A DNA stretch of 64,000 nt from an uncultured delta proteobacterium. Its GTDB lineage: Bacteria > Myxococcota_A > Polyangia > Polyangiales > Polyangiaceae. Numbering within the stretch: position 1 is the first letter of the stretch; each line of letters opens with the position of its first letter. The notes beneath the pieces are model-generated. The model saw only the letters and a list, made by a program, of their open reading frames with translations, did not search any database and was not told where the DNA came from. Positions 20,108-30,175 of this stretch are shown here, in pieces. A program made the translations under genes and the position numbers. The stretch lies in assembly GCA_963850305.1 (NCBI GenBank), contig CAWKKR010000011.1, positions 384,001-448,000 on the forward strand. Direction: 5' to 3'.

Positions 20108-21223
20108 ATGCCGGACCGCGTGCTCGTCGCGATGAGCGGGGGAGTCGATTCTTCCGTCGCGGCAGCGCGTCTACGCGCCGAAGGGTGGGACGTGGTCGGG
20201 GTCACGTTACACCTCTGGGATTATCCCGACGATGCCCCCGTGAAGGGGAGATGCTGCGCGCCGGAAGACATTCATGACGCCCGGCGAGTCGCGGATGCCC
20301 TCCAGATCCCACATTACGCGTTCGACCGGCGCGAGCTGTTCGAGCGCGAGGTGGTAACGCCGTTCGTGGAGAGTTACCTGGCCGGAGCGACGCCGAGCCC
20401 ATGCGTGCGATGCAACCGCGGCGTGAAGATCGAAGAACTCCTCGCACTCGCGGATCGCCTCGGCGCGAGCCGTGTCGCGACCGGCCACTATGCGCGCGTG
20501 GAAACCAGCGAACCGCGGCGCCTGCTCAGGGCACGCGACCCTTCCAAGGATCAGAGCTACTTCTTGTACTCGCTTCGAGCCGCGCAGCTGGAACGACTGT
20601 TATTCCCGCTCGGAGAAACGACGAAGCGCGAGGTCCGGGACGAGGCGCAGCGCCTCGGTCTGCCTGGTGCGAACAAAGGGGAAAGCCAGGAACTCTGCTT
20701 CGTGCCTACCGGTCGCTACGATGAGCTGGTGCGCTCGCGCGCCGGGAACCGTGTTCGACCAGGCGCGATAGTCGACGAGAGCGGGCGGGTGGTGGGAAAT
20801 CACGACGGGATCTTCGGATTCACGATCGGACAGCGGAAGAACCTCGGCGTCGCCGTCGGACATCGCGCATATGTCGTCCGACTCGACGCGGAGACGAGCA
20901 CGGTACACCTCGGTCCGAGGGAGGCGCTGGGAAGCCGCAACGCGATCGTCGACGAGCTCACCCTCGCGCCGGGCGTTTCGCTGCCCCTGCGCGCAGACGT
21001 CGTGGTCCGCTATCGCGCTACCCCGGTGCCGGCGACCATCGTGGGATGCGGCTCGTCGCGCGCGGAGGTACGGCTCGAGGGAAATGCGACGGTCGTACCC
21101 GGGCAGGTGGCGGTTTTTTACGCGGGCGACGCGGTGCTGGGTGGCGGCACGATCACTCATCCCTTCACCCCCGACCCGCAGCCAAGTTCCTTTTGCCAAA
21201 GCGAGATCGAATGCGCGCCGTAG
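20108..21223 (+). CDS. mnmA: tRNA 2-thiouridine(34) synthase MnmA
   Basis: AMSGGVDSS, TPSPCVRCN, ATGHYA, KDQSYFL, ESQELCF, TIGQRK, PGQVAVFY. Confidence 0.96.
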   Translation: MPDRVLVAMSGGVDSSVAAARLRAEGWDVVGVTLHLWDYPDDAPVKGRCCAPEDIHDARRVADALQIPHYAFDRRELFEREVVTPFVESYLAGATPSPCVRCNRGVKIEELLALADRLGASRVATGHYARVETSEPRRLLRARDPSKDQSYFLYSLRAAQLERLLFPLGETTKREVRDEAQRLGLPGANKGESQELCFVPTGRYDELVRSRAGNRVRPGAIVDESGRVVGNHDGIFGFTIGQRKNLGVAVGHRAYVVRLDAETSTVHLGPREALGSRNAIVDELTLAPGVSLPLRADVVVRYRATPVPATIVGCGSSRAEVRLEGNATVVPGQVAVFYAGDAVLGGGTITHPFTPDPQPSSFCQSEIECAP

Positions 21224-21858
21224 CCATCGGTCTCATCGCCCTTCCTTTCGCGGTCGGCGCATGCTCGACGGGCACGGGAACGGGGAGCGTCACGAGCGAT
21301 CATCTGGTCGTTTCGGATTGCTGGGACGGCCCGTTCGACCTGAACCCGACGTTCTTTGCGACAGACCCATTCGAAGACACCCAGCAGATCCGCATTCAAC
21401 GTGGCGACAACCTGGAAGGTGTCTCGGACGGCGTGCTCATCGTGGTGAACGACGTCGCCGAGATCCGGAAGAGCGAACTGGGCAAACCGATAGCACTGGG
21501 GCTGCCCATCGGCGTCAATCCGCCTGGCTTCCCGGTGCGGGTCTCGGCGGACCCGCCGGAAGTGAGCTTGTCGCTGTATCTGTACAATACGTGTCACGTG
21601 CAGGACGGGGCCGTGTACGCAGTCTCCGGTACCATTACCTTCAACTCACTCTTCAGCGGCGACCGTAACGAAAACAGCGCAGACAATCGGCTGACGGACG
21701 CGGACTTCGAGGCAACCCTCGCCGACCCCAGGAACGGCGTCGTCGTCGCCGACGGGGGGGCCGATACCGTGGAATACCCGGCGACGCAAACGAGCACTCT
21801 CGTGGGGAACTTCCGGTTCTTCTTTCAACGCGGTCAACCCGCACAGCCGTTCCCATGA
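21211..21858 (+). CDS. Hypothetical lipoprotein
   Basis: Lipobox VGAC; overlaps the mnmA end; C-terminal FFFQRGQPAQPFP. Confidence 0.72.
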   Translation: MRAVAIGLIALPFAVGACSTGTGTGSVTSDHLVVSDCWDGPFDLNPTFFATDPFEDTQQIRIQRGDNLEGVSDGVLIVVNDVAEIRKSELGKPIALGLPIGVNPPGFPVRVSADPPEVSLSLYLYNTCHVQDGAVYAVSGTITFNSLFSGDRNENSADNRLTDADFEATLADPRNGVVVADGGADTVEYPATQTSTLVGNFRFFFQRGQPAQPFP

Positions 21859-22049
21859 TGACGTTCATAGACGGAGCGCTGCGGACCGAGGCAGCGCTTT
21901 TTCGCCTGAAATTCGGTTGCGCAGATTGCGCACACTACGCCGCCGAACGACTCGCGTGCGCCGAGGAATATCCGAACGAAGTACACCGCGACACTCGCAT
22001 CGAGGCGGCACACTCGATGGAATTCTGCAAGAGCTTCGAGCTCGCGTAA
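21855..22049 (+). CDS. Small Cys-motif protein (CxxCxH...C...FCKxFEL)
   Basis: ATGA overlap upstream and TAATG overlap with tilS; four Cys in 64 aa. Confidence 0.7.
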   Translation: MMTFIDGALRTEAALFRLKFGCADCAHYAAERLACAEEYPNEVHRDTRIEAAHSMEFCKSFELA

Positions 22050-22975
22050 TGCGGTCCCATCCTCCGACACTGATCAGAATCGTCGAACGTACTCTCGCGG
22101 AAGAGTGCGACCTGAGTCACGGCGAAAAAATTCTCGTGGCGTGCAGCGGCGGAGGCGACTCGATGGCGTTGCTTCACGTCTTGTCGATACTCTCGTCCCG
22201 CTTCGGCGCGACCCTGGAGGTTCACGGCGTGGACCATGGGCTCCGCGCGGAAGCTCGGACGGAGCTCGACCTCGTCGAAGCGCTCGCGCAGCATCTCGCT
22301 ATCCCCTTCGGGCGAACCCGGATCGAGGTCGGCGAGGGCGGAAATCTTCAGGCCCGAGCGCGCGAGGGACGACGACGCGCGCTCTTGACGGCGGCCGGGC
22401 GAACGGGCGCTAGCAGGATCGCGACGGCGCACCACGCCGACGACCGCGCAGAGACTTTCCTGATTCGTCTCCTGCACGGTGCGCGTCCCGAAGGGCTCGG
22501 GGTGCTAGGTCCGGTGGACGGACTGTTCATTCGACCATTGGTTCGCGCTCGAAAAGCCGACGTCGTCCGACATCTGCAGCGTCATCACCTGGCATTCGCG
22601 TCGGACCCGTCCAATGAAAATCATCGCTTTCTGCGAGTCCGCGTTCGGCACGAGCTCCTGCCGCTCCTCGAGGCGCTCTCACCGGCAATCGTCCAGCATC
22701 TGACGGCGCTCGCCGACGAAGTGGGTTGGGGCCCACCCCCTAGGCTGGTCGACGAGGACGGGCGCCCGATCTCGCTGCGCCGAGCGCATATTCGCGAGGT
22801 TCGGCGAGCAGCAGGGCTCGGGCGCAATGCTCGGATCCGCATTTCCGGGGGCCGCGATGTGGTCGTGGCCCCCGGGGTTCGTGCAGCCCGGCTAGATGTC
22901 GGAAGCCCCGCCGGTGAATCGGTGGGAGCCGTCCGAGCACAGAAGGGGGATGCCAAACCCGGGAAAAGTGGTTAA
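22049..22975 (+). CDS. tilS: tRNA(Ile)-lysidine synthase TilS (short form)
   Basis: [39 protein letters not shown]; lies upstream of ftsH. Confidence 0.93.
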   Translation: MRSHPPTLIRIVERTLAEECDLSHGEKILVACSGGGDSMALLHVLSILSSRFGATLEVHGVDHGLRAEARTELDLVEALAQHLAIPFGRTRIEVGEGGNLQARAREGRRRALLTAAGRTGASRIATAHHADDRAETFLIRLLHGARPEGLGVLGPVDGLFIRPLVRARKADVVRHLQRHHLAFASDPSNENHRFLRVRVRHELLPLLEALSPAIVQHLTALADEVGWGPPPRLVDEDGRPISLRRAHIREVRRAAGLGRNARIRISGGRDVVVAPGVRAARLDVGSPAGESVGAVRAQKGDAKPGKSG

Positions 22976-23064
22976 CTGATGCCCGACAGTCGACCGCGCG
23001 GGCCGCACAACGCGGACTCCGCCCCCCATCGGGCCGCAGGGTCTCTTGTGCGCCAGAGGTTTTC

Positions 23065-24990
23065 GTGAAGCAACCGCATAAGACGCTTCTTCTTTGGGTC
23101 GTTCTCATCGTCGCGTTTCTCGCGATCTGGCAGTTCCTGAACGCAGACGGTCCCCAGCGGCAACCGATGGCGTTCAGCGATTTCGTCACGCTCGTTCGGG
23201 CGCCGAAGGATCAGCGCCACGTCGACTCGGTGAAGATCAAGGACCGCGAATACTCCTTCACGATGGTCGCGCCGAACCAGAAGGGCGTGGAGCGCGGCGT
23301 CACCGTCGGACCCCCTGAGTATGCACCCGAGCTTCTCAAGTCCGACGTCAAGGTCGAATACGAGGAAGACGAGTCGAACCCGTTCCTGACCACGACGCTC
23401 ACCATCCTCGTCCCGATGGTGTTCCTCCTGGTCATGTTCTACTTGTTCATGCGTCAGCTGCAGGCGGGCGGCGGCAAAGCCATGAGCTTCGGCAAGAGCC
23501 GCGCGCGGCTCTTGAATGAGGCTCAGAACAAGATCACCTTCGCCGACGTCGCTGGAATCGACGAAGCAAAAGACGAGGTCGAAGAGATCATCGCGTTCCT
23601 CAAGGATCCGAAGAAGTTCCAGAAGCTCGGCGGTCGGATCCCGAAGGGCGTCCTCATGATGGGCCCGCCCGGCACCGGGAAGACGCTGCTCGCGCGAGCC
23701 ATCGCGGGCGAAGCAGGTGTCCCGTTCTTCAGCATCTCCGGTTCCGACTTCGTGGAGATGTTCGTCGGCGTGGGGGCGAGCCGCGTTCGCGATCTGTTCG
23801 AACAAGGCAAGAAGCACGCGCCGTGCATCATCTTCATCGATGAGATCGACGCCGTCGGCCGTCACCGTGGGGCGGGCCTCGGCGGGGGGCACGATGAACG
23901 CGAACAGACCCTGAACCAACTCCTCGTCGAGATGGACGGGTTCGAATCGAATGAGGGAGTCATCATCATCGCAGCGACGAATCGACCCGACGTTCTCGAT
24001 CCTGCGATTCTCCGGCCGGGTCGCTTCGACCGTAGGATTGTCGTGCCCCGACCGGATGTGCGGGGGCGAGAGGGCATCCTGGGTGTCCACACGAAGAAGG
24101 TGCCCCTCTCAGGCGACGTTCAGCTCGGCATCCTCGCCGCGGGGACGCCCGGTTTCGTGGGAGCGGATCTGGAGAACCTCGTGAACGAAGCCGCCCTCCT
24201 TGCCGCGCGTCAAGACAAGGACGCCGTGGCCATGGTGGACTTCGAACTGGCGAAGGACAAGGTGCTCATGGGAAGCGAGCGGCGAAGTCTCGTCATGAGC
24301 GAGGAGGAACGGCGAGTCTCCGCATGGCACGAAGCCGGGCACACCCTGGTCGGCAAGCTCGTCCAGGGCAACGACTCCGTGCACAAGGTTTCGATCATCC
24401 CGCGGGGCTCGGCCCTCGGCGTTACGCAGTTCTTACCGCTGGAAGATCGCCATACGATGACCAAGAAGCAGCTCCTCGCGCGCATCGCGATGGCGCTCGG
24501 CGGTCGAGTGGCAGAGGAGCTCGTCTTCGGAGAAATCACCAGCGGTGCCGCAGACGATATCAAGCGAGCAACGCGAATGGCGCGGGCCATGATCTGCGAG
24601 CTGGGAATGAGCGAAAAGCTCGGACCGCTGGCGTACGGCGAACAGGAAGAGAACGTCTTCCTCGGTCGCGAGATCACGCAACGGCGAGAGGATTATTCGG
24701 AAGCGACGGCGAAGGAGATCGACGAGGAGATCCGCGCCATCGTCGACGGCCAGTACGAACTGGCGCGGAAGACGGTTGCCGAGAACCGCGACAAGCTCGA
24801 CCGGATCGCCGAGATGCTACTGGAGCGCGAGACGTTGGACTCCGAGGAGATCGCCGCCGCTCTCGACGGGCGCCCCCTGCCAACGCGCGATCGAGTGATC
24901 ATCCCGAGCTGGAGCGACAAACGCAACCAGACCAAAGAGAAGAAGCGCCCCGCTAGCATTTTCGGGACGCCGAAGCCGGCTACCAGCTGA
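23065..24990 (+). CDS. ftsH: ATP-dependent zinc metalloprotease FtsH
   Basis: Two TM segments, [26 protein letters not shown]. Confidence 0.98.
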   Translation: MKQPHKTLLLWVVLIVAFLAIWQFLNADGPQRQPMAFSDFVTLVRAPKDQRHVDSVKIKDREYSFTMVAPNQKGVERGVTVGPPEYAPELLKSDVKVEYEEDESNPFLTTTLTILVPMVFLLVMFYLFMRQLQAGGGKAMSFGKSRARLLNEAQNKITFADVAGIDEAKDEVEEIIAFLKDPKKFQKLGGRIPKGVLMMGPPGTGKTLLARAIAGEAGVPFFSISGSDFVEMFVGVGASRVRDLFEQGKKHAPCIIFIDEIDAVGRHRGAGLGGGHDEREQTLNQLLVEMDGFESNEGVIIIAATNRPDVLDPAILRPGRFDRRIVVPRPDVRGREGILGVHTKKVPLSGDVQLGILAAGTPGFVGADLENLVNEAALLAARQDKDAVAMVDFELAKDKVLMGSERRSLVMSEEERRVSAWHEAGHTLVGKLVQGNDSVHKVSIIPRGSALGVTQFLPLEDRHTMTKKQLLARIAMALGGRVAEELVFGEITSGAADDIKRATRMARAMICELGMSEKLGPLAYGEQEENVFLGREITQRREDYSEATAKEIDEEIRAIVDGQYELARKTVAENRDKLDRIAEMLLERETLDSEEIAAALDGRPLPTRDRVIIPSWSDKRNQTKEKKRPASIFGTPKPATS

Positions 24991-25284
24991 ATCCCGTCCG
25001 GAGGCCCCACGCGCGGCGCCAGATGTCCGGACGACCCGATCGAGCGGGCGAGCGAACCTGGCTGAGGACGAAAGCACCGTCCGTGGCAAATTGTCGTTTC
25101 CGTTCGGCGGTCAGGCCAACGGAACCGCCCTTCCGGTCTCCGTAGACTCGGGCACCTCCGCGGTTCGAGCGCGTCGCGTGCTGCGAGGATGGAGCCCTGG
25201 CTCGCCCTTTGCTGTCCCCCCTCGGAGCGAGTGATCGCCACGAGAGCCGACTTTCGGCTGTCGCATCCGAACCTGGAGGAGCTG

Positions 25285-25809
25285 ATGATTCGTTCGACAC
25301 AACCGCTGCCCGAGGCTCCGCCGCCGCGAACTCGGGAGCTTCGGGCCCCGACAATAGGCCGTTCCGAGGCACCAAGACATCATCGCAGTGAGGAAGCGCT
25401 CGGGCCTTCGAGAGGAATGGCTCGACGCGAGCTCTGGCGCGCCTGGATGGCCCTGCCCTTCTTCGCGGCGTTCGTCGCATGCGCCGGTTCTCCGCCGCCG
25501 ACGGCTCGCATGGCGTCCGCGGAAGCAGCCGTCCGTGCCGCCCACGACGTGGGCGCGGAACGAGTCCCTGAGGCGCAGCTCCACGTGAAGCTGGCCGAGG
25601 AACAAATTGCTCGCGCCCGCACCCTGATCAATAGCGGCGACAATCAGCGAGCGGATCTCATGCTCCGGCGAGCCAACGCTGACGCCGAGCTCGGCGTGGC
25701 GCTCGCACGCGAAGATACGACGCGCGATCAGGCGCAGCGAATCATCGATCAAGCGCACGACATTCAGCAGCGAGCGCCGCAGCCAGACGACCATCAGGAG
25801 GAACGATGA
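25285..25809 (+). CDS. DUF4398-like lipoprotein
   Basis: RBS GGAGGAG; FVAC lipobox; RANADAELGVALAR; alternative start at 25417. Confidence 0.75.
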   Translation: MIRSTQPLPEAPPPRTRELRAPTIGRSEAPRHHRSEEALGPSRGMARRELWRAWMALPFFAAFVACAGSPPPTARMASAEAAVRAAHDVGAERVPEAQLHVKLAEEQIARARTLINSGDNQRADLMLRRANADAELGVALAREDTTRDQAQRIIDQAHDIQQRAPQPDDHQEER

Positions 25810-25853
25810 CCACTCGCGCAGCGCGCTCGAACCGAGAACCGAAGGAGGATTTT

Positions 25854-26732
25854 ATGAAGCCCATCTATCGTCTGTTCTGCGCGAGCTCCATGGTGTTCGC
25901 GGTCGGCGGGTGCGCATCCACGCCGATGCCACGCGAGCTGCTCGACGCTCGGGCCGCGTATGCGGAAGCCAAAGGTGGCCCCGCAAGCCAACTGACCCCT
26001 GCGTCTCTTCGCGACGCGAAGGTTGCCCTCGACCAGGCGGAGCGTGCCTACTCGACGGACCAAGACCCGTTGACGACTCGAGACATGGCCTACATCGCGG
26101 AGCGCAAGTCCCAGTTGGCCGAAGCCCAGGGGGCCGCAGCGGTCTCACGCCAGCAAGCCCAGATCGCGATGGAACAAGCGCGGCTCGCGCGGGCGCAGGC
26201 GAGCATGGGCGCTCAGAGCGAGCTCTCGCAGGCGCGCCAGCAGCTGGCAACGACCTCCGAAGAACTCGCGAAGGAACGGGCTGCGCGGGAGGCCGCCGAA
26301 AAGAAGGCGCAGGACGCACTCGACAAGCTCGCGGCCGCATCCGGAAGCAACGTGAAGACGGAGCCTCGTGGCACCGTCATCACCATGTCCGGTCAAGTGA
26401 TGTTCGCGGTCGGAAAATCGGACCTCCTCAAGGGGGCACGCGACCGACTCGATCGGGTGGTAACGGCCTTGAAGGATCAGGGCGACCGCCAGATCCTGGT
26501 CGAGGGCCACACGGATTCACAAGGAGCGGAACAGATGAATCTGGATCTCTCTCAGCGGCGCGCGGACAGCGTCCGGGAGTACCTCATCTCGAAGGGCATC
26601 CCCGATGACCACGTCAGAGCCGTCGGTGCCGGCGACTCGAGCCCGGTCGCGACCAACGACACCGCGGTCGGACGGGCGGCGAATCGTCGCGTCGAGATCA
26701 TCGTGGAACCGCCGGAGCAACCGACGGAGTGA
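25854..26732 (+). CDS. OmpA-family lipoprotein with N-terminal DUF4398-like helical domain
   Basis: RBS AAGGAGG; VGGC lipobox; EGHTD, LSQRRA, NRRVEI. Confidence 0.9.
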   Translation: MKPIYRLFCASSMVFAVGGCASTPMPRELLDARAAYAEAKGGPASQLTPASLRDAKVALDQAERAYSTDQDPLTTRDMAYIAERKSQLAEAQGAAAVSRQQAQIAMEQARLARAQASMGAQSELSQARQQLATTSEELAKERAAREAAEKKAQDALDKLAAASGSNVKTEPRGTVITMSGQVMFAVGKSDLLKGARDRLDRVVTALKDQGDRQILVEGHTDSQGAEQMNLDLSQRRADSVREYLISKGIPDDHVRAVGAGDSSPVATNDTAVGRAANRRVEIIVEPPEQPTE

Positions 26733-26750
26733 CAATTCCTGTCTCCGGAT

Positions 26751-26781
26751 ACCCTCGGGCCGCTCGCGCGAGCCCGAGGGT
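26751..26781. terminator. GC-rich hairpin between convergent genes
   Basis: 10-bp stem ACCCTCGGGC / GCCCGAGGGT. Confidence 0.6.
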
Positions 26782-26807
26782 GTCGTTTCTGTAGGACGAG
26801 TAACCCG

Positions 26808-27143
26808 TCAAACTGACTTGCCGTGGGGCGTCACGTGGATTCGACAATCCCAGTCGGCCGCAACACTTCTCACTTCACGCTCGATGGCGCACATCAGCCG
26901 CTCCGCACGAACGTCGAGCTCCGATCGCGAACCCGCGAGCTCGATGCGCAGTTCCCGAACCGGAGAATAGCCGAGCGGACGGGCGAGACCGGCTTCGGGC
27001 CAGGTGTCCCGATCCTCGGCTCCTTCGTCCACCGGAGCCGCCTCAGCAGGCACCGTGTCTCGCAACTCGAGCTGTTCGCCGTCGGTCCACAATGCAGCGG
27101 CAACCGCCCTCATCCAACCCACGAAATAAACGCGCACGAGCAT
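26808..27143 (-). CDS. Hypothetical protein
   Basis: GGAG RBS upstream; preceded by a sigma-54-like motif. Confidence 0.55.
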   Translation of the reverse strand: MLVRVYFVGWMRAVAAALWTDGEQLELRDTVPAEAAPVDEGAEDRDTWPEAGLARPLGYSPVRELRIELAGSRSELDVRAERLMCAIEREVRSVAADWDCRIHVTPHGKSV

Positions 27144-27193
27144 GGCACTTCTCCAACCACGGCACCGGAGCGTCGTGGTCGGATTCGTGACAC

Positions 27194-27209
27194 TGCACGA
27201 CGCGTGCCC
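27194..27209 (-). promoter_or_regulatory. Putative sigma-54 (-24/-12) promoter
   Basis: Minus strand GGGCACG-CGTC-GTGCA with GG-N10-GC spacing. Confidence 0.5.
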
Positions 27210-27251
27210 TCGACACGTCGCCCCGGCTCTGTGCGCCTGACCAACGGGTCT

Positions 27252-27977
27252 TCAGGAGGAGACGAACGCCGGAACGAACAAGGTGAACCGAGCGCCGACC
27301 GTGCCGGGTCGCCCAGGCGGCAACGTGCTCTCTCCAGAGGTCACGCCTCCACCGTGGGCAACGAGGATATCGCGCGCCACGGAGAGTCCGAGCCCCAGTC
27401 CACCTCGCGTCGTTCGGACGACGAACCGTTGATAAAGAGTCGCCGCCGCTTCCCTCGATACCCCTTCGCCGTCGTCTTCCACGACGACGCCGAAGGCGGC
27501 CCCGGTGGTTTCCAGCACGACGCGCACGGAGCGCCGCGCATGCGCCATCGCATTGCTGACCAGCTCCGCGACGGCGCGTCCAAAGAGCCGGGGATCGACG
27601 CTGATCGGATACTCCATGGGAGGCGGGTCGAACGCAACCGTGACCTCGCTTCGAGGTTCGGTCGAGAGAATGGCATCCACGCTGCGTCGCACGACATCGC
27701 GGAGATCACAGCGCTGCAATGCCGGCTCGAGGCGACCCGATTCGAGATCCGACACGACCTGCAATCGATCGACGAACGCCTCGAGGCGACGGATTCCGCG
27801 CGCCCCAAGCTTGAACAGCGTCCGTTGATCGGTGGTGGCGGTTGTCGCGAGATCGCTCTCGAGCGCTTGGAGCGCATGCAACACGACTCCGAGCGGCGAT
27901 CTCAAGTCGTGAGCCGCCCGCGCGAAAAAGTCGGCGTACCCGGCGCGATCGACGCGCGAAGGATCGTCTTCTGGCAC
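27252..27977 (-). CDS. Histidine kinase with HisKA and HATPase domains only (no sensor domain)
   Basis: AHDLRSPL, ELVSNA, EDDGEG, GLGLGL. Confidence 0.9.
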   Translation of the reverse strand: MPEDDPSRVDRAGYADFFARAAHDLRSPLGVVLHALQALESDLATTATTDQRTLFKLGARGIRRLEAFVDRLQVVSDLESGRLEPALQRCDLRDVVRRSVDAILSTEPRSEVTVAFDPPPMEYPISVDPRLFGRAVAELVSNAMAHARRSVRVVLETTGAAFGVVVEDDGEGVSREAAATLYQRFVVRTTRGGLGLGLSVARDILVAHGGGVTSGESTLPPGRPGTVGARFTLFVPAFVSS

Positions 27978-27978
27978 T

Positions 27979-29436
27979 TTACTGCTCTTCTTCCGTCCCG
28001 TTTGCCTTCGACGTCGACCGGCCCATTTTCCGATAAAGCGTGCGCCGATTGAACCCGAGTATCTTGGCCGCTCGCGACTTGTTCCCGCCTACGAGGGAGA
28101 GGACGCGCTGCATGTAGCGGCGTTCGAGCTCGGCGGCCGTGACGAGCTCGGACGGATCATCGGCGGAGAGCACGAAACGTTCCGCCTGATAGTTTCGGAT
28201 CTTCTCGGGCAGATCATCGACCATGATCGAATCGAAGCGCATGAGCGCCACGGCGCGTTCCATGGAATTCTCGAGCTCGCGCACGTTCCCAGGCCAATCG
28301 TAGGCCGACAGCTTCTCCGCAGTAGGCGTCGCGATTCCCTTCACTTCTTTGGCAGCTCGAGCGGCTGCTCGTGCCGCGAAGTGCTGGGCAAGCAACAAGA
28401 CATCGCCTCCCCGCTCGCGGAGCGGCGGGACCTCAACCGCGACGACGTTGATGCGATAGTAAAGGTCTTCCCGGAACCTCTTCTCGAAAACCTCGGTCTC
28501 GAGATCTCGATTCGTCGCGGCGACGATGCGCGCGTCGAAGGGAACCTCGTGGTTGCCTCCCACGGGCCGTACCTTCCGCTCCTGCAGACTCCGGAGCAAC
28601 TTTGGCTGCATCTCGAGCGGGAGTTCACCGATTTCGTCCAGAAAGATGGTGCCACCGGTTGCTTGCGCGAAAAGCCCGGTCCGCGCGGTTTTTGCGTCGG
28701 TGAAGGCTCCGCGAACGTGTCCGAACAGCTCGCTCTCGAGAAGACTCGCCGGCATCGCCGCACAGTTGATGGCGAGGAACGGGCCGTGTTTTCGGTTGCT
28801 CTGGCCATGAATCGCCTTTGCGACCAGTTCCTTGCCCGTGCCGCTTTCGCCCGTGATGAGAACGGTGGCTTCCGTGTCACTGACTCGAGTGATCAGATCG
28901 AACACTCGGCGCATGGCGACGCTCCGACCGATGATGTCGTCGAATCCCTGTGGAGTTCCGGCCGCGCGACGAAGGCGCTTCACTTCCTCCTGAAGACGAC
29001 GGTGGCGGAGAGCCCGGTCCACGGTGAGACCGATCACGTTGGCATCTACGGGCTTCGTGACGAAGTCGTAGGCGCCGGCACGGATCGCCCCGACGGCCGC
29101 TTCCATGCTTCCATAGCCCGTCACGACGACGACGGGGATATCCGGCCGAATGCCGATCAGGCGCTCGCAGAGGTCGAGGCCACCCAGATCCGTCATGTTG
29201 AGGTCCGTCAAAATGACGTCGAAGTCCTGCTCGGCAGCGAGTTCGAGCGCGTCGTGAGCGGAAGTGCGCCACACTACATTGTGCCGACGCTTGAAGATCG
29301 TTTCCAGCAACTCGCACGCCGTCTGATCGTCGTCGACAATCAGAAGCCGGCCTGGCTCGTCGTCAGCGACGAATCCCGTCCCACGTTCGGTCGGGACCAC
29401 CTCGCTCTGCTCGCTTGGTGGGGTCGCAAGTTGCAT
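27979..29436 (-). CDS. Sigma-54-dependent response regulator (NtrC family)
   Basis: REC domain, GESGTGKE, GAFTDA, FLDEIGE, WPGNVRELEN, Fis-type HTH; start uncertain. Confidence 0.95.
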   Translation of the reverse strand: MQLATPPSEQSEVVPTERGTGFVADDEPGRLLIVDDDQTACELLETIFKRRHNVVWRTSAHDALELAAEQDFDVILTDLNMTDLGGLDLCERLIGIRPDIPVVVVTGYGSMEAAVGAIRAGAYDFVTKPVDANVIGLTVDRALRHRRLQEEVKRLRRAAGTPQGFDDIIGRSVAMRRVFDLITRVSDTEATVLITGESGTGKELVAKAIHGQSNRKHGPFLAINCAAMPASLLESELFGHVRGAFTDAKTARTGLFAQATGGTIFLDEIGELPLEMQPKLLRSLQERKVRPVGGNHEVPFDARIVAATNRDLETEVFEKRFREDLYYRINVVAVEVPPLRERGGDVLLLAQHFAARAAARAAKEVKGIATPTAEKLSAYDWPGNVRELENSMERAVALMRFDSIMVDDLPEKIRNYQAERFVLSADDPSELVTAAELERRYMQRVLSLVGGNKSRAAKILGFNRRTLYRKMGRSTSKANGTEEEQ

Positions 29437-29560
29437 TACAGATCCTGTTCCAACCATCAATGGCGGGCCCTCTCGTATCTCGGGATCTCTTACTCTGTTA
29501 GCACGCGCCGGGAACAATGCGCCAAATCGACCCAGCCCGGTCCGGGAGGCGTCCAAATCG

Positions 29561-30022
29561 TCAACCCGCGGCCACCTGGAACATGCGGCTGGTCGTCTGG
29601 TCGAATGCCTCCTCTCGCGCCGGCGGCCTCGATGTACGGCGGATGACGATGAGCCCCCGCGCGAGCGACTCCGCTCGAAAGTTCACGGCGAGGCCCACCG
29701 GGAGGCCCGTCAAGCGAAGCCGAGTTCGAAGCGCCGACCGATGTGGCGACGAGATCGATTCGGCGACGATCACGTCCACGGCGATCTTTCCGGCGACGCA
29801 GACGTCGATCCGCAGAGCGGCATCCATTCGCACTCCTCGATAGAAAATGGGGACCGGGACGCGTCGCTGGAATGACAGCTCGCGGTGTCGGAGTTCCTGG
29901 CACAGGGCGATCTCGTAGACGCCGGGCTCGAGGCCCGAACCGAGACGACGATGAACCTCGTGGCACGCCTCTATGGTGACGCGTTCGAGTTCCGCGATAC
30001 GTGGATCGTCCGGCGGTTCCAT
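29561..30022 (-). CDS. GxxExxY-family protein with degenerate motifs
   Basis: HRRLGSGLEPGVYEIAL, VPIFYRG, RIDV.V, GLAVNF. Confidence 0.78.
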   Translation of the reverse strand: MEPPDDPRIAELERVTIEACHEVHRRLGSGLEPGVYEIALCQELRHRELSFQRRVPVPIFYRGVRMDAALRIDVCVAGKIAVDVIVAESISSPHRSALRTRLRLTGLPVGLAVNFRAESLARGLIVIRRTSRPPAREEAFDQTTSRMFQVAAG

Positions 30023-30175
30023 GAATGTCCCCTCGGTCGGCATTCCGCCGGGTTGCGACTTCTTCTGTACTCCAACCCCGGCGTTCGAGTCCTTGGCGCA
30101 ACCGGTCCGGTGCGGGCCCAGCTGACGCCGCGTCCGCAACTGATTGGCCGGAATCGACCCCGGCGATCTCCGGCG

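Noticed and set aside
25062..25073. Hammerhead ribozyme core (CTGAGGA-C-GAAA)
   Set aside because: Only 1 nt separates the two core motifs, so stem II cannot form, and no convincing stems I and III were found
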